Below are positions 29,924-39,425 of a stretch of DNA of 64,000 bases, in pieces. Position numbers and translations under genes: made by a program. Source of the stretch: Nitrososphaerota archaeon (GTDB lineage Archaea; Thermoproteota; Nitrososphaeria_A; Caldarchaeales; Calditenuaceae); contig JAWBQR010000001.1 in NCBI GenBank assembly GCA_038845265.1, forward strand, positions 32,001-96,000, in the 5' to 3' direction. The notes under the pieces were generated by a model. It was not told the DNA's origin. It did no database searches and was given only the letters and a program-made list of their open reading frames with translations. Each line of letters starts with the position of its first letter. Position 1 is the stretch's first letter.

Positions 29924-32900
29924 ATGATTGACACAGGAGAACTTCTAAAAAAATTGGGATACGAATACTATGAATTGTGGGAAGAGAAGGTAGTACCTAA
30001 CCGTGTCGCCCTCACTTTTTCCGACATACTACCTGAATTAGAGAGAAAAAACTTAGAAATAGCTTCTTATAAACTATTTGAACATCAGTTAAAGTCATAT
30101 CAAGCTCTTCTAAATGGTAGGAACTTAATCCTAAAATCTGGTACTGGTTCTGGAAAGACGGAATCATGGTTTCTATACGCCGCAAAGAAAAAATGCAAGA
30201 CATTGGTATTATATCCTACGCTGGCCCTCTCAAATGATCAAATCGTGAGGCTCAGGAACTATGGAGAGGCAGTAGGGTTAAAAATCATGATAATTGATGC
30301 TCCTAGTAAGTCACGAATTGTTGCAGAAAAGGGATATAAGAATGCAAAACGCGAAATAGCAGATGCAGATATAATATTAACAAATCCAGCTTTCCTATTG
30401 AGTGATATAAAGAAACTAGGAACGAACAAGCCACCATTTCTAAGAGAATTTTTATATAATCTCTCTTTTTTAGTCATTGACGATTTTGATTTCTACTCTC
30501 CTAGAAGCATTGCCATATTGCTGGGAATGCTTAGAATAATTGGACTCACGGTCACGCGGAATCCACAAATTGCTATTTTAACGGCAATGCTTGAAAACCC
30601 AATTGAAATAGGCAACGCACTTAAATCGATAAATGGACGTGAATATGAGATAATAGAGGGTAAAGCATACCATCCAGAAAATAAAATATATGTTATCCTT
30701 GGGAAAAACCTGAAAAAAATTTGGGAGGATATATGTAAAGAAAGAGATAAAATCGAAAAGTTAGGAGTAGGTAAAGACATTGAAGAATCATTAAATGATT
30801 ATGATGTTTTTAAGAAGAATTTTTATAAAGTCTTGGAAATAGCTAGAATTGCAGGAGTTAGAATAGAAGAAGAATCATCTCCCAGTTATTTAGACATTCT
30901 ATCTTCATATGCCGAAGATTCGGGCCTCACAATTGTCTTTACCAGAAGCATTTCTAAATCAGAAGAAATTGCGAGACTATTATCAGATCGATTAGGTAAC
31001 GGAAAAGTGTACGCTCATCACCACTTGATTGACAAAAATACTAGAGAAAAAATTGAAGAAATGGCAAGAAATGGAGAGATAAAGATTCTTGTCTCTCCGA
31101 GAACCCTTTCACAGGGCATAGACATTGGTCAAGTTATAAGGACCGTACATATTGGGCTTCCAGAAACTCTTCGAGAGTTTCTGCAAAAGGAGGGCAGAAA
31201 GGGTAGAAGAGAAGCAATTTCAAGAACTGAAAGCATAATTATTCCACAATATTCATGGGACTATAATTTACTGAGAAGAGGAACAATGGCACTTATAAAA
31301 TGGCTCAGCCTCTCGAGAGAGAAAATCATCTTGAATCAGAATAACAAATACATCACATTGTTCACTGGACTCTTCAAGATGAGTAGACCATCCCTATTCA
31401 CAGAACTAACAGAAGATGAGCTAAAATTGCTTGATTCGCTTAGGCTTAAAAAGGATTTGCAATTAACTCAGGCTGGGAAAAGAGCTTGGTTGAGAATGAA
31501 TTTTTACGAGTTCGCACCACCTTTAGGAATTAAAAGACTTAAGAAAGTAAACGAGCATTATGACCAGCTCGAAGATATATCACATGTCGACTTGGTAGAA
31601 AAATTTCAAATAGGATGTATTGACTATACCTCTGACGGAATAGTCACTAGGCATGTTAGATCTCGAGAAAGCAGTAGAGCTGTCACCGCAGTCGTAATTG
31701 AAGACCTAAGTGAGCCCACGTTAATGAAGTATGAAGAATTGTCCTATCCATTAGAAGAATACTATGCTGTTAAGAGGAGATGGAGCGAGACACCATCCAT
31801 TAAATCAGATTATTATTCAGGCAGATTACACTCAGATGTTCAATGCGTAGTCAAGGCGCCCGATGGATTTGACAAATACGTTAAGATTCCTAATCATGTT
31901 CAATGGAGAGTCAGAAGCAAGCATTATAGATATTACGTGATTGGGGAGAATACAATACTTAGTCATGAAGCAAGAAGCATAATTGTTCCTGCTTTAACAA
32001 ACGGAGTATACTATGATTATACATATGGAATGTTATTTGAGATGGATCCATCAGACGACCCTAACCTACTAAGACTTGGGTTAGCATTCATAGAGCTAGT
32101 TATGCGGAGAATATTATCCATTCCTTTTGACACAATCGAGTACGATGTCACGGTTGTAGGTGATAGGAAATTTGTTGGAATCCATGAGACTGAGTCTGCT
32201 GGACTTTTAGAAATTTTAGAATGGCTAGACTTTAAGAAAAAGCTCGAGGAATATCAACCAGACGAATTAGACGAGTTTTTACTGGAAGAGATCAATGAAA
32301 CGGCTTTCTCTTCATGGATTTCTAGAGGAATGGACTGGAACGTGGCTAAACATTACTCCATAAAAATAATTGATCAAATTTTGTTGAGGAAGACATTGAA
32401 GCTATCATTAGGTCAAAGAGAGATTGTCATTCCACTACCAAGCAAATCTCATAAAAGAGTTGTATTAACCGCAAATAAATATGTGATTGACCCTCATGGA
32501 GTCGTTACGTTGTACTGTATCGGGATCTATGATGGAGAAAGATTTTATGTTCCGGTTGGATTCAAGACTCCAGAAGGAATAGATGAAGCTTATCTAGAGG
32601 TCTCAGCAATTCTTTCTAAGAGAATTGATGAAAACTTTACCATTTATACATATGACTTATCCTTGCTAAAAACCATGTTTTCGAGCCTAGGCTTAAAATC
32701 ACTTGAGGTAAAACTTCTAGGAATAGAACTTATAAAAAGACTTGTAGACGTGAAGAAAAAATTTTTAGAAAAATTAGGTAAAAATTTACCTCTTAATGAG
32801 GCTGAGAATTTGGTCGGGTTAAAAAGAGATTCAAGACCTATTGATATCGCCGCAGAAGCTGCAAGAATTTCTCTTGATATTTCTAATCCTAATTGGAGGA

Positions 32901-33004
32901 AAATTGTTTTGGACAGACTGGCACCAATAATAGAAAAAGTGACAGTTGACGAGCTGAAAAATACTTATCTATTGAGTTTTATTTTGGAGAGTGAATTCAC
33001 ATAA
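29924..33004 (+). CDS. SF2 helicase, Hrq1/MrfA(YprA)-like, with C-terminal extension
   Basis: LFEHQ, GTGSGKT, YPTLALSNDQ, LTNP, IDDFD, TLSQGIDIG, QKEGRKGR. Confidence 0.85.
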   Translation: MIDTGELLKKLGYEYYELWEEKVVPNRVALTFSDILPELERKNLEIASYKLFEHQLKSYQALLNGRNLILKSGTGSGKTESWFLYAAKKKCKTLVLYPTLALSNDQIVRLRNYGEAVGLKIMIIDAPSKSRIVAEKGYKNAKREIADADIILTNPAFLLSDIKKLGTNKPPFLREFLYNLSFLVIDDFDFYSPRSIAILLGMLRIIGLTVTRNPQIAILTAMLENPIEIGNALKSINGREYEIIEGKAYHPENKIYVILGKNLKKIWEDICKERDKIEKLGVGKDIEESLNDYDVFKKNFYKVLEIARIAGVRIEEESSPSYLDILSSYAEDSGLTIVFTRSISKSEEIARLLSDRLGNGKVYAHHHLIDKNTREKIEEMARNGEIKILVSPRTLSQGIDIGQVIRTVHIGLPETLREFLQKEGRKGRREAISRTESIIIPQYSWDYNLLRRGTMALIKWLSLSREKIILNQNNKYITLFTGLFKMSRPSLFTELTEDELKLLDSLRLKKDLQLTQAGKRAWLRMNFYEFAPPLGIKRLKKVNEHYDQLEDISHVDLVEKFQIGCIDYTSDGIVTRHVRSRESSRAVTAVVIEDLSEPTLMKYEELSYPLEEYYAVKRRWSETPSIKSDYYSGRLHSDVQCVVKAPDGFDKYVKIPNHVQWRVRSKHYRYYVIGENTILSHEARSIIVPALTNGVYYDYTYGMLFEMDPSDDPNLLRLGLAFIELVMRRILSIPFDTIEYDVTVVGDRKFVGIHETESAGLLEILEWLDFKKKLEEYQPDELDEFLLEEINETAFSSWISRGMDWNVAKHYSIKIIDQILLRKTLKLSLGQREIVIPLPSKSHKRVVLTANKYVIDPHGVVTLYCIGIYDGERFYVPVGFKTPEGIDEAYLEVSAILSKRIDENFTIYTYDLSLLKTMFSSLGLKSLEVKLLGIELIKRLVDVKKKFLEKLGKNLPLNEAENLVGLKRDSRPIDIAAEAARISLDISNPNWRKIVLDRLAPIIEKVTVDELKNTYLLSFILESEFT

Positions 33005-33019
33005 GTCCTTTATATGTTT

Positions 33020-34534
33020 TTAGCCCTTTACGACGCCTATCGGCACTAGACGTGCCACTTTCTTGCTAAGTCCAACTTGATGAGCAACTTCGACTACTTC
33101 GTCGGGATCTTTGTAGGCTTCCGGCACTTCTTCCACAATTGTGTCCATTGTGTCACCCTTCACGTATATGCCCTTACTTTCTAGTGATCGAATGACAGTA
33201 TCGCTTCTATATTGTCGTTTTGCACTTGCCCTGCTCATTTGACGACCCGCGCCATGTGCAGTGCTCCCGAAGCTAAGCTCTAATGAGCTAGGCGAGCCCA
33301 CGAGAACCCAACTAGCGGTGCCCATGCTTCCCGGTAAGAATACTGGCTGACCATAGTTTCGATAAGTCGCCGGTATCATGTCGCTGTAATATTCGTATTT
33401 ACCTGGAAAACTTCTGGTAGCCCCTTTTCTGTGGACAAATACGGCTCTTAGCTCTCCGTCTACCTTGTGTTTCTCAAGTTTAACAATATTGTGAGCAACA
33501 TCGTAAACTATATTCATCGATATATTTTCTGCCCGCTGCTTAAAGACATGTTCAAAACTCTGTCTGACCCAGTGACTAATCGCTTGCCTATTTGCAAAGG
33601 CAAAGTTGACTGCACAACCAAACGCCTTGAGGTACTGTTCCGCTTCTTGACTGCTTGCAGGCGCGCATGCCAATTCCCGGTCTGGGAGCCTCAAATTGTA
33701 TTTATGCACTGCACGTTCCATAACTCTAAGAAAATCACTGCAGATTTGATGTCCATACCCTCTGCTCCCAGTATGTATAAGAACAGTAACTTGTCCTTCT
33801 TCATATATTCCCATCACCTTCGCTATATCTGGATCAAATATCTTCTCTACTCTCTGTATCTCCAAGAAATGATTTCCGCTACCTAATGTTCCTATTTGGG
33901 CTTCACCCCTGCTCTTCGCTTCTCGAGAAACAACTGATGGGTCAGGGTCAGGAATATCTCCTATCTTATCGCGAGGATATCTTCCCTCCTCCTCAATATG
34001 TTTATAATCATCGCTCCATCCAAGTCCATACTTCTCTATCACGTATCTGGCACCCTCCATCGCGATTCTATCAAGGTCGCTATGAGTGACTCTAAAATCG
34101 CTACGGCGTGAACCTAATCCGGCTGGAACGTTTAAAAATATTGTATTTATAAGCTCTCTTATTTTTGGTAATACGTCCTTTACATGGAGATCTGTCACTA
34201 TTAGTCTAACGCCGCAGTTTATGTCATATCCGACGCCTCCTGGAGAGACTACTCCTTCGGTTGCATCCATTGCTGCAACTCCGCCTATTGGAAATCCATA
34301 ACCTTCATGTGCGTCTGGAAGGACAGCTACATGTTTCACGACGCCCGGAAGCGTAGATACATTTACAGCCTGCACAAGTGTTCTATCCACCAACATCTTT
34401 TGTAACAATTGTTCAGATGCATAGACATAAACAGGAGTCTTCATATCACTACGGTATTCCTTCGGAATCAACCATACATTGTTTGAGATTTTCTGAAGAG
34501 GTATCTTGGTAGCCATTCTAACTGTTATTACCAC
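33020..34534 (-). CDS. rtcB: tRNA-splicing ligase RtcB
   Basis: PDAHEGYGFPIGGV, GYDINCG, GSGNHFLE, DVAHN, HRKGATR, HGAGR; no intein. Confidence 0.97.
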   Translation of the reverse strand: MVITVRMATKIPLQKISNNVWLIPKEYRSDMKTPVYVYASEQLLQKMLVDRTLVQAVNVSTLPGVVKHVAVLPDAHEGYGFPIGGVAAMDATEGVVSPGGVGYDINCGVRLIVTDLHVKDVLPKIRELINTIFLNVPAGLGSRRSDFRVTHSDLDRIAMEGARYVIEKYGLGWSDDYKHIEEEGRYPRDKIGDIPDPDPSVVSREAKSRGEAQIGTLGSGNHFLEIQRVEKIFDPDIAKVMGIYEEGQVTVLIHTGSRGYGHQICSDFLRVMERAVHKYNLRLPDRELACAPASSQEAEQYLKAFGCAVNFAFANRQAISHWVRQSFEHVFKQRAENISMNIVYDVAHNIVKLEKHKVDGELRAVFVHRKGATRSFPGKYEYYSDMIPATYRNYGQPVFLPGSMGTASWVLVGSPSSLELSFGSTAHGAGRQMSRASAKRQYRSDTVIRSLESKGIYVKGDTMDTIVEEVPEAYKDPDEVVEVAHQVGLSKKVARLVPIGVVKG

Positions 34535-34649
34535 TTGGCATTATTTAAAAATACTTTAATTTATCCATAATAGGACTCATCTCACTTTTGCGTGTCTGAC
34601 ATTCGTATTAATATAGCTTGAAAGTCAAATTAATGACTGAACGAGAGGA

Positions 34650-35087
34650 CTAGACACTCGCTACCGATATGATCCCTAATGAAGGAAATTTTTTTATGAA
34701 TTCAATTACTAAAGCCTTATAGGTATAGGCCTGTCCATCCGGAGTCTTATTAACTGACGATAACCCCATAAGTATTCTGAAAACTTCTTCTGCCCCATGG
34801 CCCTTTATTAAATATACATCCTTTCCAAGATCTTTTCTGGGGACAAACACTATCGGGAAAACCTCACATTCTAGGCAACATCCCCTCAATAATTCTGCCG
34901 CCTTGATGAGTTCATTTTTATTGAAAAAATGTTTTTCTCCGTTTACTTGATTGACTGATGGTTCATCCATTAATAATAATTGACGAATGGATAGCCTTTT
35001 AGCAGGCATACTAGCTCCAAGTTTTTTAATATACTCAACTAACAAAGCATCAGTTACTGCTTCTTTATCAATTAACCCCTCACTCAT
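34650..35087 (-). CDS. DUF61/UPF0216 family protein
   Basis: MPAKRLSI.QLL..EP.V...GEKH.F.K.EL pattern. Confidence 0.7.
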   Translation of the reverse strand: MSEGLIDKEAVTDALLVEYIKKLGASMPAKRLSIRQLLLMDEPSVNQVNGEKHFFNKNELIKAAELLRGCCLECEVFPIVFVPRKDLGKDVYLIKGHGAEEVFRILMGLSSVNKTPDGQAYTYKALVIEFIKKFPSLGIISVASV

Positions 35088-35141
35088 TTTGACATCTATC
35101 CAATTTTAATATTCATCAGGGATGCATATATAAGCTAGGTT

Positions 35142-35564
35142 TTGTCCACTAAATTTAGAGATAACTTGGTGAGAACAATTCAACTCTTCGTCGGAGCTAG
35201 GAAAGAGGCTAAGGCGAGACTTAGGGTGACGCCTGGGCAGGGGAGGGTATACATAAATGGAATACCGGTTGAGATATATGGAAATGAAATAGTACGTGAA
35301 AAGATCCTTACACCACTTAGGTTGGATGATAAATTTGTGAAGACCCATGACTTTAGGATAAAAGTAGAAGGAGGTGGCATAATCGGTCAAGCTGACGCAT
35401 GTGCGATGGCTATTGCAAGGGCGTTAGCTGCGCATTCAGAGAGCTTAAAAGCGAAGATTCTTCAGTTTAATCGATATCTTATTGCTGGTGATCCTAGGAG
35501 GACGGAGCCTAAAAAACCAAATAGAAGGTCGGCGAGACGTTTCAAACAGAAGAGCTACAGGTAA
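35142..35564 (+). CDS. rps9: 30S ribosomal protein S9 (uS9)
   Basis: GARKEAKAR, GGGIIGQADA, GDPRRTEPKK, QKSYR. Confidence 0.97.
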   Translation: MSTKFRDNLVRTIQLFVGARKEAKARLRVTPGQGRVYINGIPVEIYGNEIVREKILTPLRLDDKFVKTHDFRIKVEGGGIIGQADACAMAIARALAAHSESLKAKILQFNRYLIAGDPRRTEPKKPNRRSARRFKQKSYR

Positions 35565-35640
35565 AGATTATAGGGATGAATTGCTGAATATTGATTAAAG
35601 AAAGGGTATTTAAATTTCTTAATTACTATCTTCGACAGGT

Positions 35641-35853
35641 ATGATGTTTCCGATTAGATGCTTTTCATGCGGCGCACCGATAGCTGATAAGTGGGAAAAA
35701 TTTGTGGAAGCCATTGAGTCTGGAGAGGAGGCGGGAAAGGCTTTAGATAGCCTCGGAATAACTAGATACTGCTGTAGAAGAATGTTCCTCTCACATGTTG
35801 AATACTTTGATGAAATAGTCCAGTTTGAATCATGGTTCGGTAAGAGTCGATAA
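35641..35853 (+). CDS. rpoN: RNA polymerase subunit N (Rpo10)
   Basis: PIRCFSCG, RYCCRRM. Confidence 0.97.
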   Translation: MMFPIRCFSCGAPIADKWEKFVEAIESGEEAGKALDSLGITRYCCRRMFLSHVEYFDEIVQFESWFGKSR

Positions 35854-35856
35854 GAT

Positions 35857-37107
35857 ATGAGCATGACGATAAAAAACATTACAGGAAGAATTATTTATGA
35901 CAGCAGAGGCGACAAGACAATAGAAGTTGAGGTTAATGTTGACGGATTTATTGGTCAGGCTGCAGCACCTTCAGGTAAAAGTAGAGGCGCAAAAGAAGCA
36001 GAACCATTCCCGCCCGGCGGCCCGGAGGAAGCACTTTCCATACTGAGAAGCAATATAGCACCAAAATTATTAGGATTAGGAATTAAGGATCATAGGACAG
36101 TTGATGAAGTGCTTATTAATCTTGATGGTAATTGGAATTTTTCTAAGATTGGCGGAAATGTTGCATTGGCGATATCAATTGCTACGGCGATAGCGATTTC
36201 TAAGTTGAAGGGAGTGTCTCTTTATGCTTACCTCGCCTCATTAACCAATACTGAGCCAGCATTACCACTACCATTAGGAAACGTAATAGGCGGTGGTAAG
36301 CATGCTGGTCCTGGGGCGCCAGAGATTCAGGAAATTCTAGTAATTCCGAGAAACCCAAACACAATCAATGATGCTGTATTTGCAAATATTAAGGTACATA
36401 AGACAGTCGGCAAATTATTAGAACAGAAAATCACTAACTATCCGCTAGGCAAGGGGGACGAGGGTGCATATGCACCACCTATAAGCGTTGAGAGAGCCCT
36501 AGAAGTAGTATATGATGCTGCTAAGAAAGTCGAAGATGAGTTGGGGGTCAAAATATCAATTGGAATGGATGTAGCTGGAACTAATATTTATAATCCCAGT
36601 AAAAAAATGTATGTGCTTACTAGTGTCGGCTTGTATCTCGACAAAGAAGATTTTCTTCAATACTTGGCCGAGTTGTCTGATAAATACGAAATAATATATA
36701 TCGAGGACCCATTTAATGAAGAGGATCTGGAATCTTTTCAAAACCTCTCAAAAGCCCTGCCTAAAACATACATCTGTGGCGATGATTTAGTAGTTACGAG
36801 AGCGGAACTAATTAGTAAAGCTGCTTCACTCAAGGCCATTAGGGCAGCGATAATTAAGCCAAACCAAGTGGGTACACTATCACTTACTTGGGATGCTGTT
36901 AAGACTGGTAAAGATTTTAATCTACTTTTAGTTGCATCACATAGGTCCGGCGAGACAACTGATCATTATTTACCCCATATTGCCGTAGGCTTTGGATGCA
37001 AGGTTATTAAGGCAGGAATAATGGGTGGAGAGAGAGTAGCGAAGGCTAATGAATTAATAAGGATGGGAGAACACTTGAAGACGGTACAGAGGCTGATGAG
37101 CAGTTGA
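35857..37107 (+). CDS. eno: Enolase
   Basis: DSRG, APSGKS, GDEG, IEDPF, GDDL, KPNQVG, SHRSGET. Confidence 0.96.
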   Translation: MSMTIKNITGRIIYDSRGDKTIEVEVNVDGFIGQAAAPSGKSRGAKEAEPFPPGGPEEALSILRSNIAPKLLGLGIKDHRTVDEVLINLDGNWNFSKIGGNVALAISIATAIAISKLKGVSLYAYLASLTNTEPALPLPLGNVIGGGKHAGPGAPEIQEILVIPRNPNTINDAVFANIKVHKTVGKLLEQKITNYPLGKGDEGAYAPPISVERALEVVYDAAKKVEDELGVKISIGMDVAGTNIYNPSKKMYVLTSVGLYLDKEDFLQYLAELSDKYEIIYIEDPFNEEDLESFQNLSKALPKTYICGDDLVVTRAELISKAASLKAIRAAIIKPNQVGTLSLTWDAVKTGKDFNLLLVASHRSGETTDHYLPHIAVGFGCKVIKAGIMGGERVAKANELIRMGEHLKTVQRLMSS

Positions 37108-37736
37108 GTGATAGTACATACATAAGTCCTGAAGTCGAGTTGCAAGAATTATTAGTAAAAAGCGGCGTCCATTTAGGAGCAAAAATAAAAGTAAAACACA
37201 TGGAGAGATTCATCTATAGATTAAGAGCGGATGGTGTATATCTATTCGACGTAAAGAAAATACTTGAAAGGCTTAACATCGCTGCTAAAATGATAGCAAT
37301 GAATGATTTAAATAAGGTTGTAGTTGTGTCAACACATGTATATGGAATTAAGGCAGTGCAAAAATTTTGTGAAATAACTGGTGCAATTCCTATTGCAGGG
37401 AAAATTCCAGCTGGAATTTTTACTAACAGAACATTGAAGTACTATCTTGAGCCAGCGCTTGTAGTCGTTTCTGATCCGCGATATGATATGCAAGCAGTCA
37501 TTGAAGCAAGCATAGCTAGAAAGCCAGTAATAGCAATGTGCAGCACTGACAATACATGTAGCAATATAGATCTGATAATACCTATGAATAATAGAGGAAG
37601 AACATCCTTACCTTTTGCCTTCTGGTATCTTGCAAGGAGAGTACTTATTGAGAAAGGATTAGCGACGCCTGAACTACTTGAAAAAATAACTATTGAACAA
37701 TTTACAACGCAAGCGGTAAGCGAGGAAGAGGAATAA
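37104..37736 (+). CDS. rps2: 30S ribosomal protein S2 (uS2)
   Basis: SGVHLG, GIFTN, DPRYDMQAVIEA, IPMNNRG. Confidence 0.96.
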   Translation: MSDSTYISPEVELQELLVKSGVHLGAKIKVKHMERFIYRLRADGVYLFDVKKILERLNIAAKMIAMNDLNKVVVVSTHVYGIKAVQKFCEITGAIPIAGKIPAGIFTNRTLKYYLEPALVVVSDPRYDMQAVIEASIARKPVIAMCSTDNTCSNIDLIIPMNNRGRTSLPFAFWYLARRVLIEKGLATPELLEKITIEQFTTQAVSEEEE

Positions 37737-37784
37737 ACACTAAAACTATTATAACATTTATTAATAAAGTCATGCAAATAACAG

Positions 37785-38528
37785 ATGTCAGAAATGCTTG
37801 ATATAAGGAGTTTATCAGTTAAGGTAAACGGAAAACTTATTCTGAAAAACATTAATTTAAAGATCAAAGAGGGAGAGATACACGCGCTACTAGGTCCAAA
37901 TGCTTCAGGAAAATCATCCCTAGCTTATGCTATAATGGGATTAACTGACTATGAAATAACACATGGCGAAATACTGTTTAAAGGAACAAATATTACCCAT
38001 TTACCAATAGAAGAAAGAGTAAAGCTAGGAATTGCGTTGGCCTTTCAGAACCCACCGGCCATAAAAAATGTTAAGCTCTCACTACTTCTTAAAAGAATTT
38101 CGAAGGAAAAACCAGCGACACTACCATCTTTTCTGAAGGAACTATCAGTGACTTCTAGTTTTCTTGAGAGAGAGATAAATGTTGGTTTTTCTGGTGGGGA
38201 GAAAAAAATTTCAGAATTGTTGCAGATTTTGTGCTTAAAACCTCAATTTGTTATCCTTGACGAAATAGACTCTGGACTCGACATCATTAATCTCAATAAA
38301 TTAATGAAGATAATCCAAGAGAGGTTAATCGATAATGGTGTCTCGATACTTGCAATTACACATAGGGGAGATATCCTTCAATTCTTAAATCCAGACTTAA
38401 CGCATGTCATGCTAAATGGCGAAATAGTATGCTCAGCTAGAGATTGGAGAAAACCATGGGAAACAATTGTGAGGTGTGGCTATGAAAAATGTGAAGAATG
38501 CAAAGAGCGCGAATTACTTACAGATTGA
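37785..38528 (+). CDS. sufC: Fe-S assembly ABC ATPase SufC/SmsC
   Basis: GPNASGKS, GFSGGEKK, LDEIDSGLD, C-terminal CEEC. Confidence 0.92.
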   Translation: MSEMLDIRSLSVKVNGKLILKNINLKIKEGEIHALLGPNASGKSSLAYAIMGLTDYEITHGEILFKGTNITHLPIEERVKLGIALAFQNPPAIKNVKLSLLLKRISKEKPATLPSFLKELSVTSSFLEREINVGFSGGEKKISELLQILCLKPQFVILDEIDSGLDIINLNKLMKIIQERLIDNGVSILAITHRGDILQFLNPDLTHVMLNGEIVCSARDWRKPWETIVRCGYEKCEECKERELLTD

Positions 38529-39408
38529 TCACATAATTAAGAAATTACTATCTGAAGAAGGGGTGATTCTTAGACCGAGTCCGGAGGCCTATGAAGAATT
38601 TGAAGATATTCGAAGATATCTGGATCAAAAACCAGAAGAGGGTTATATGATTTGGATAAAGAAGCAGATAAAGCATCCTATAAATACATGTATAGCAATT
38701 TCTTCACCAAAAATCCATCAACGACTCAATAACATAGTTATCGTTGAAAGTGGCATTGAGGCTGAAATGTATAGTATCTGCAATGCCGTAAAACCTGTTT
38801 TATGTGGTGTTCATGAAGGTTATACTAAGATAATACTTAAAGAAAATGCGTCACTTAAACTGAGGCATTTTCATAAGTGGGGTATTGGAGATGAAGTAAT
38901 AACTACATCCGAGTTTATCCTAGAAAATGGAGCAACATTGCACAGTTCATATAAGTGCATCAGTCCATTGAAAAAATTGGAAGTAGGAAGCTTAGCTGTG
39001 CTAAATTCTAGGGCATCAGCAAATTTTGAGGTCTCAATAATGGCTAAAAATGAAGAAGCAAACATAGATGAAACTATGATTCTTGAGGGTGACAACTCAA
39101 ATGGAATAATAAAATTAAGAATGATATCTGACAGCAATGCAAGAATAATGTCTCGAAGCAAGATAATAGCTAATGGTGCCGGTAGAGGACATATTGATTG
39201 TATGGGACTATTATTATCTAATGATTCGATTATCAGCTCAGTTCCAGAAATATTTACAAAGAATAAGGGAGCAACTCTAACTCATGAAGCGTCAATAGGA
39301 AAAATCTCGGAAACGGAAATAAATTATCTGCGTAGCAGAGGGTTAACAGAAGAAGAGGCAATTAATCTAATAGTTACTGGATTTTTAGGAGAAGCATTAA
39401 TTCATTAA
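38476..39408 (+). CDS. SufB/SufD-family Fe-S scaffold (SmsB-like)
   Basis: GHIDCMGLL, LTHEASIGKI, YLRSRGL.EEEA..LIV.GF. Confidence 0.9.
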   Translation: MAMKNVKNAKSANYLQIDHIIKKLLSEEGVILRPSPEAYEEFEDIRRYLDQKPEEGYMIWIKKQIKHPINTCIAISSPKIHQRLNNIVIVESGIEAEMYSICNAVKPVLCGVHEGYTKIILKENASLKLRHFHKWGIGDEVITTSEFILENGATLHSSYKCISPLKKLEVGSLAVLNSRASANFEVSIMAKNEEANIDETMILEGDNSNGIIKLRMISDSNARIMSRSKIIANGAGRGHIDCMGLLLSNDSIISSVPEIFTKNKGATLTHEASIGKISETEINYLRSRGLTEEEAINLIVTGFLGEALIH

Positions 39409-39425
39409 ATCAATTATGGAGTTCC

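Noticed and set aside
29924-34534. Helicase + RtcB as an RNA-repair or defence operon
   Set aside because: The genes are convergent, and RtcB is the ordinary archaeal tRNA ligase.
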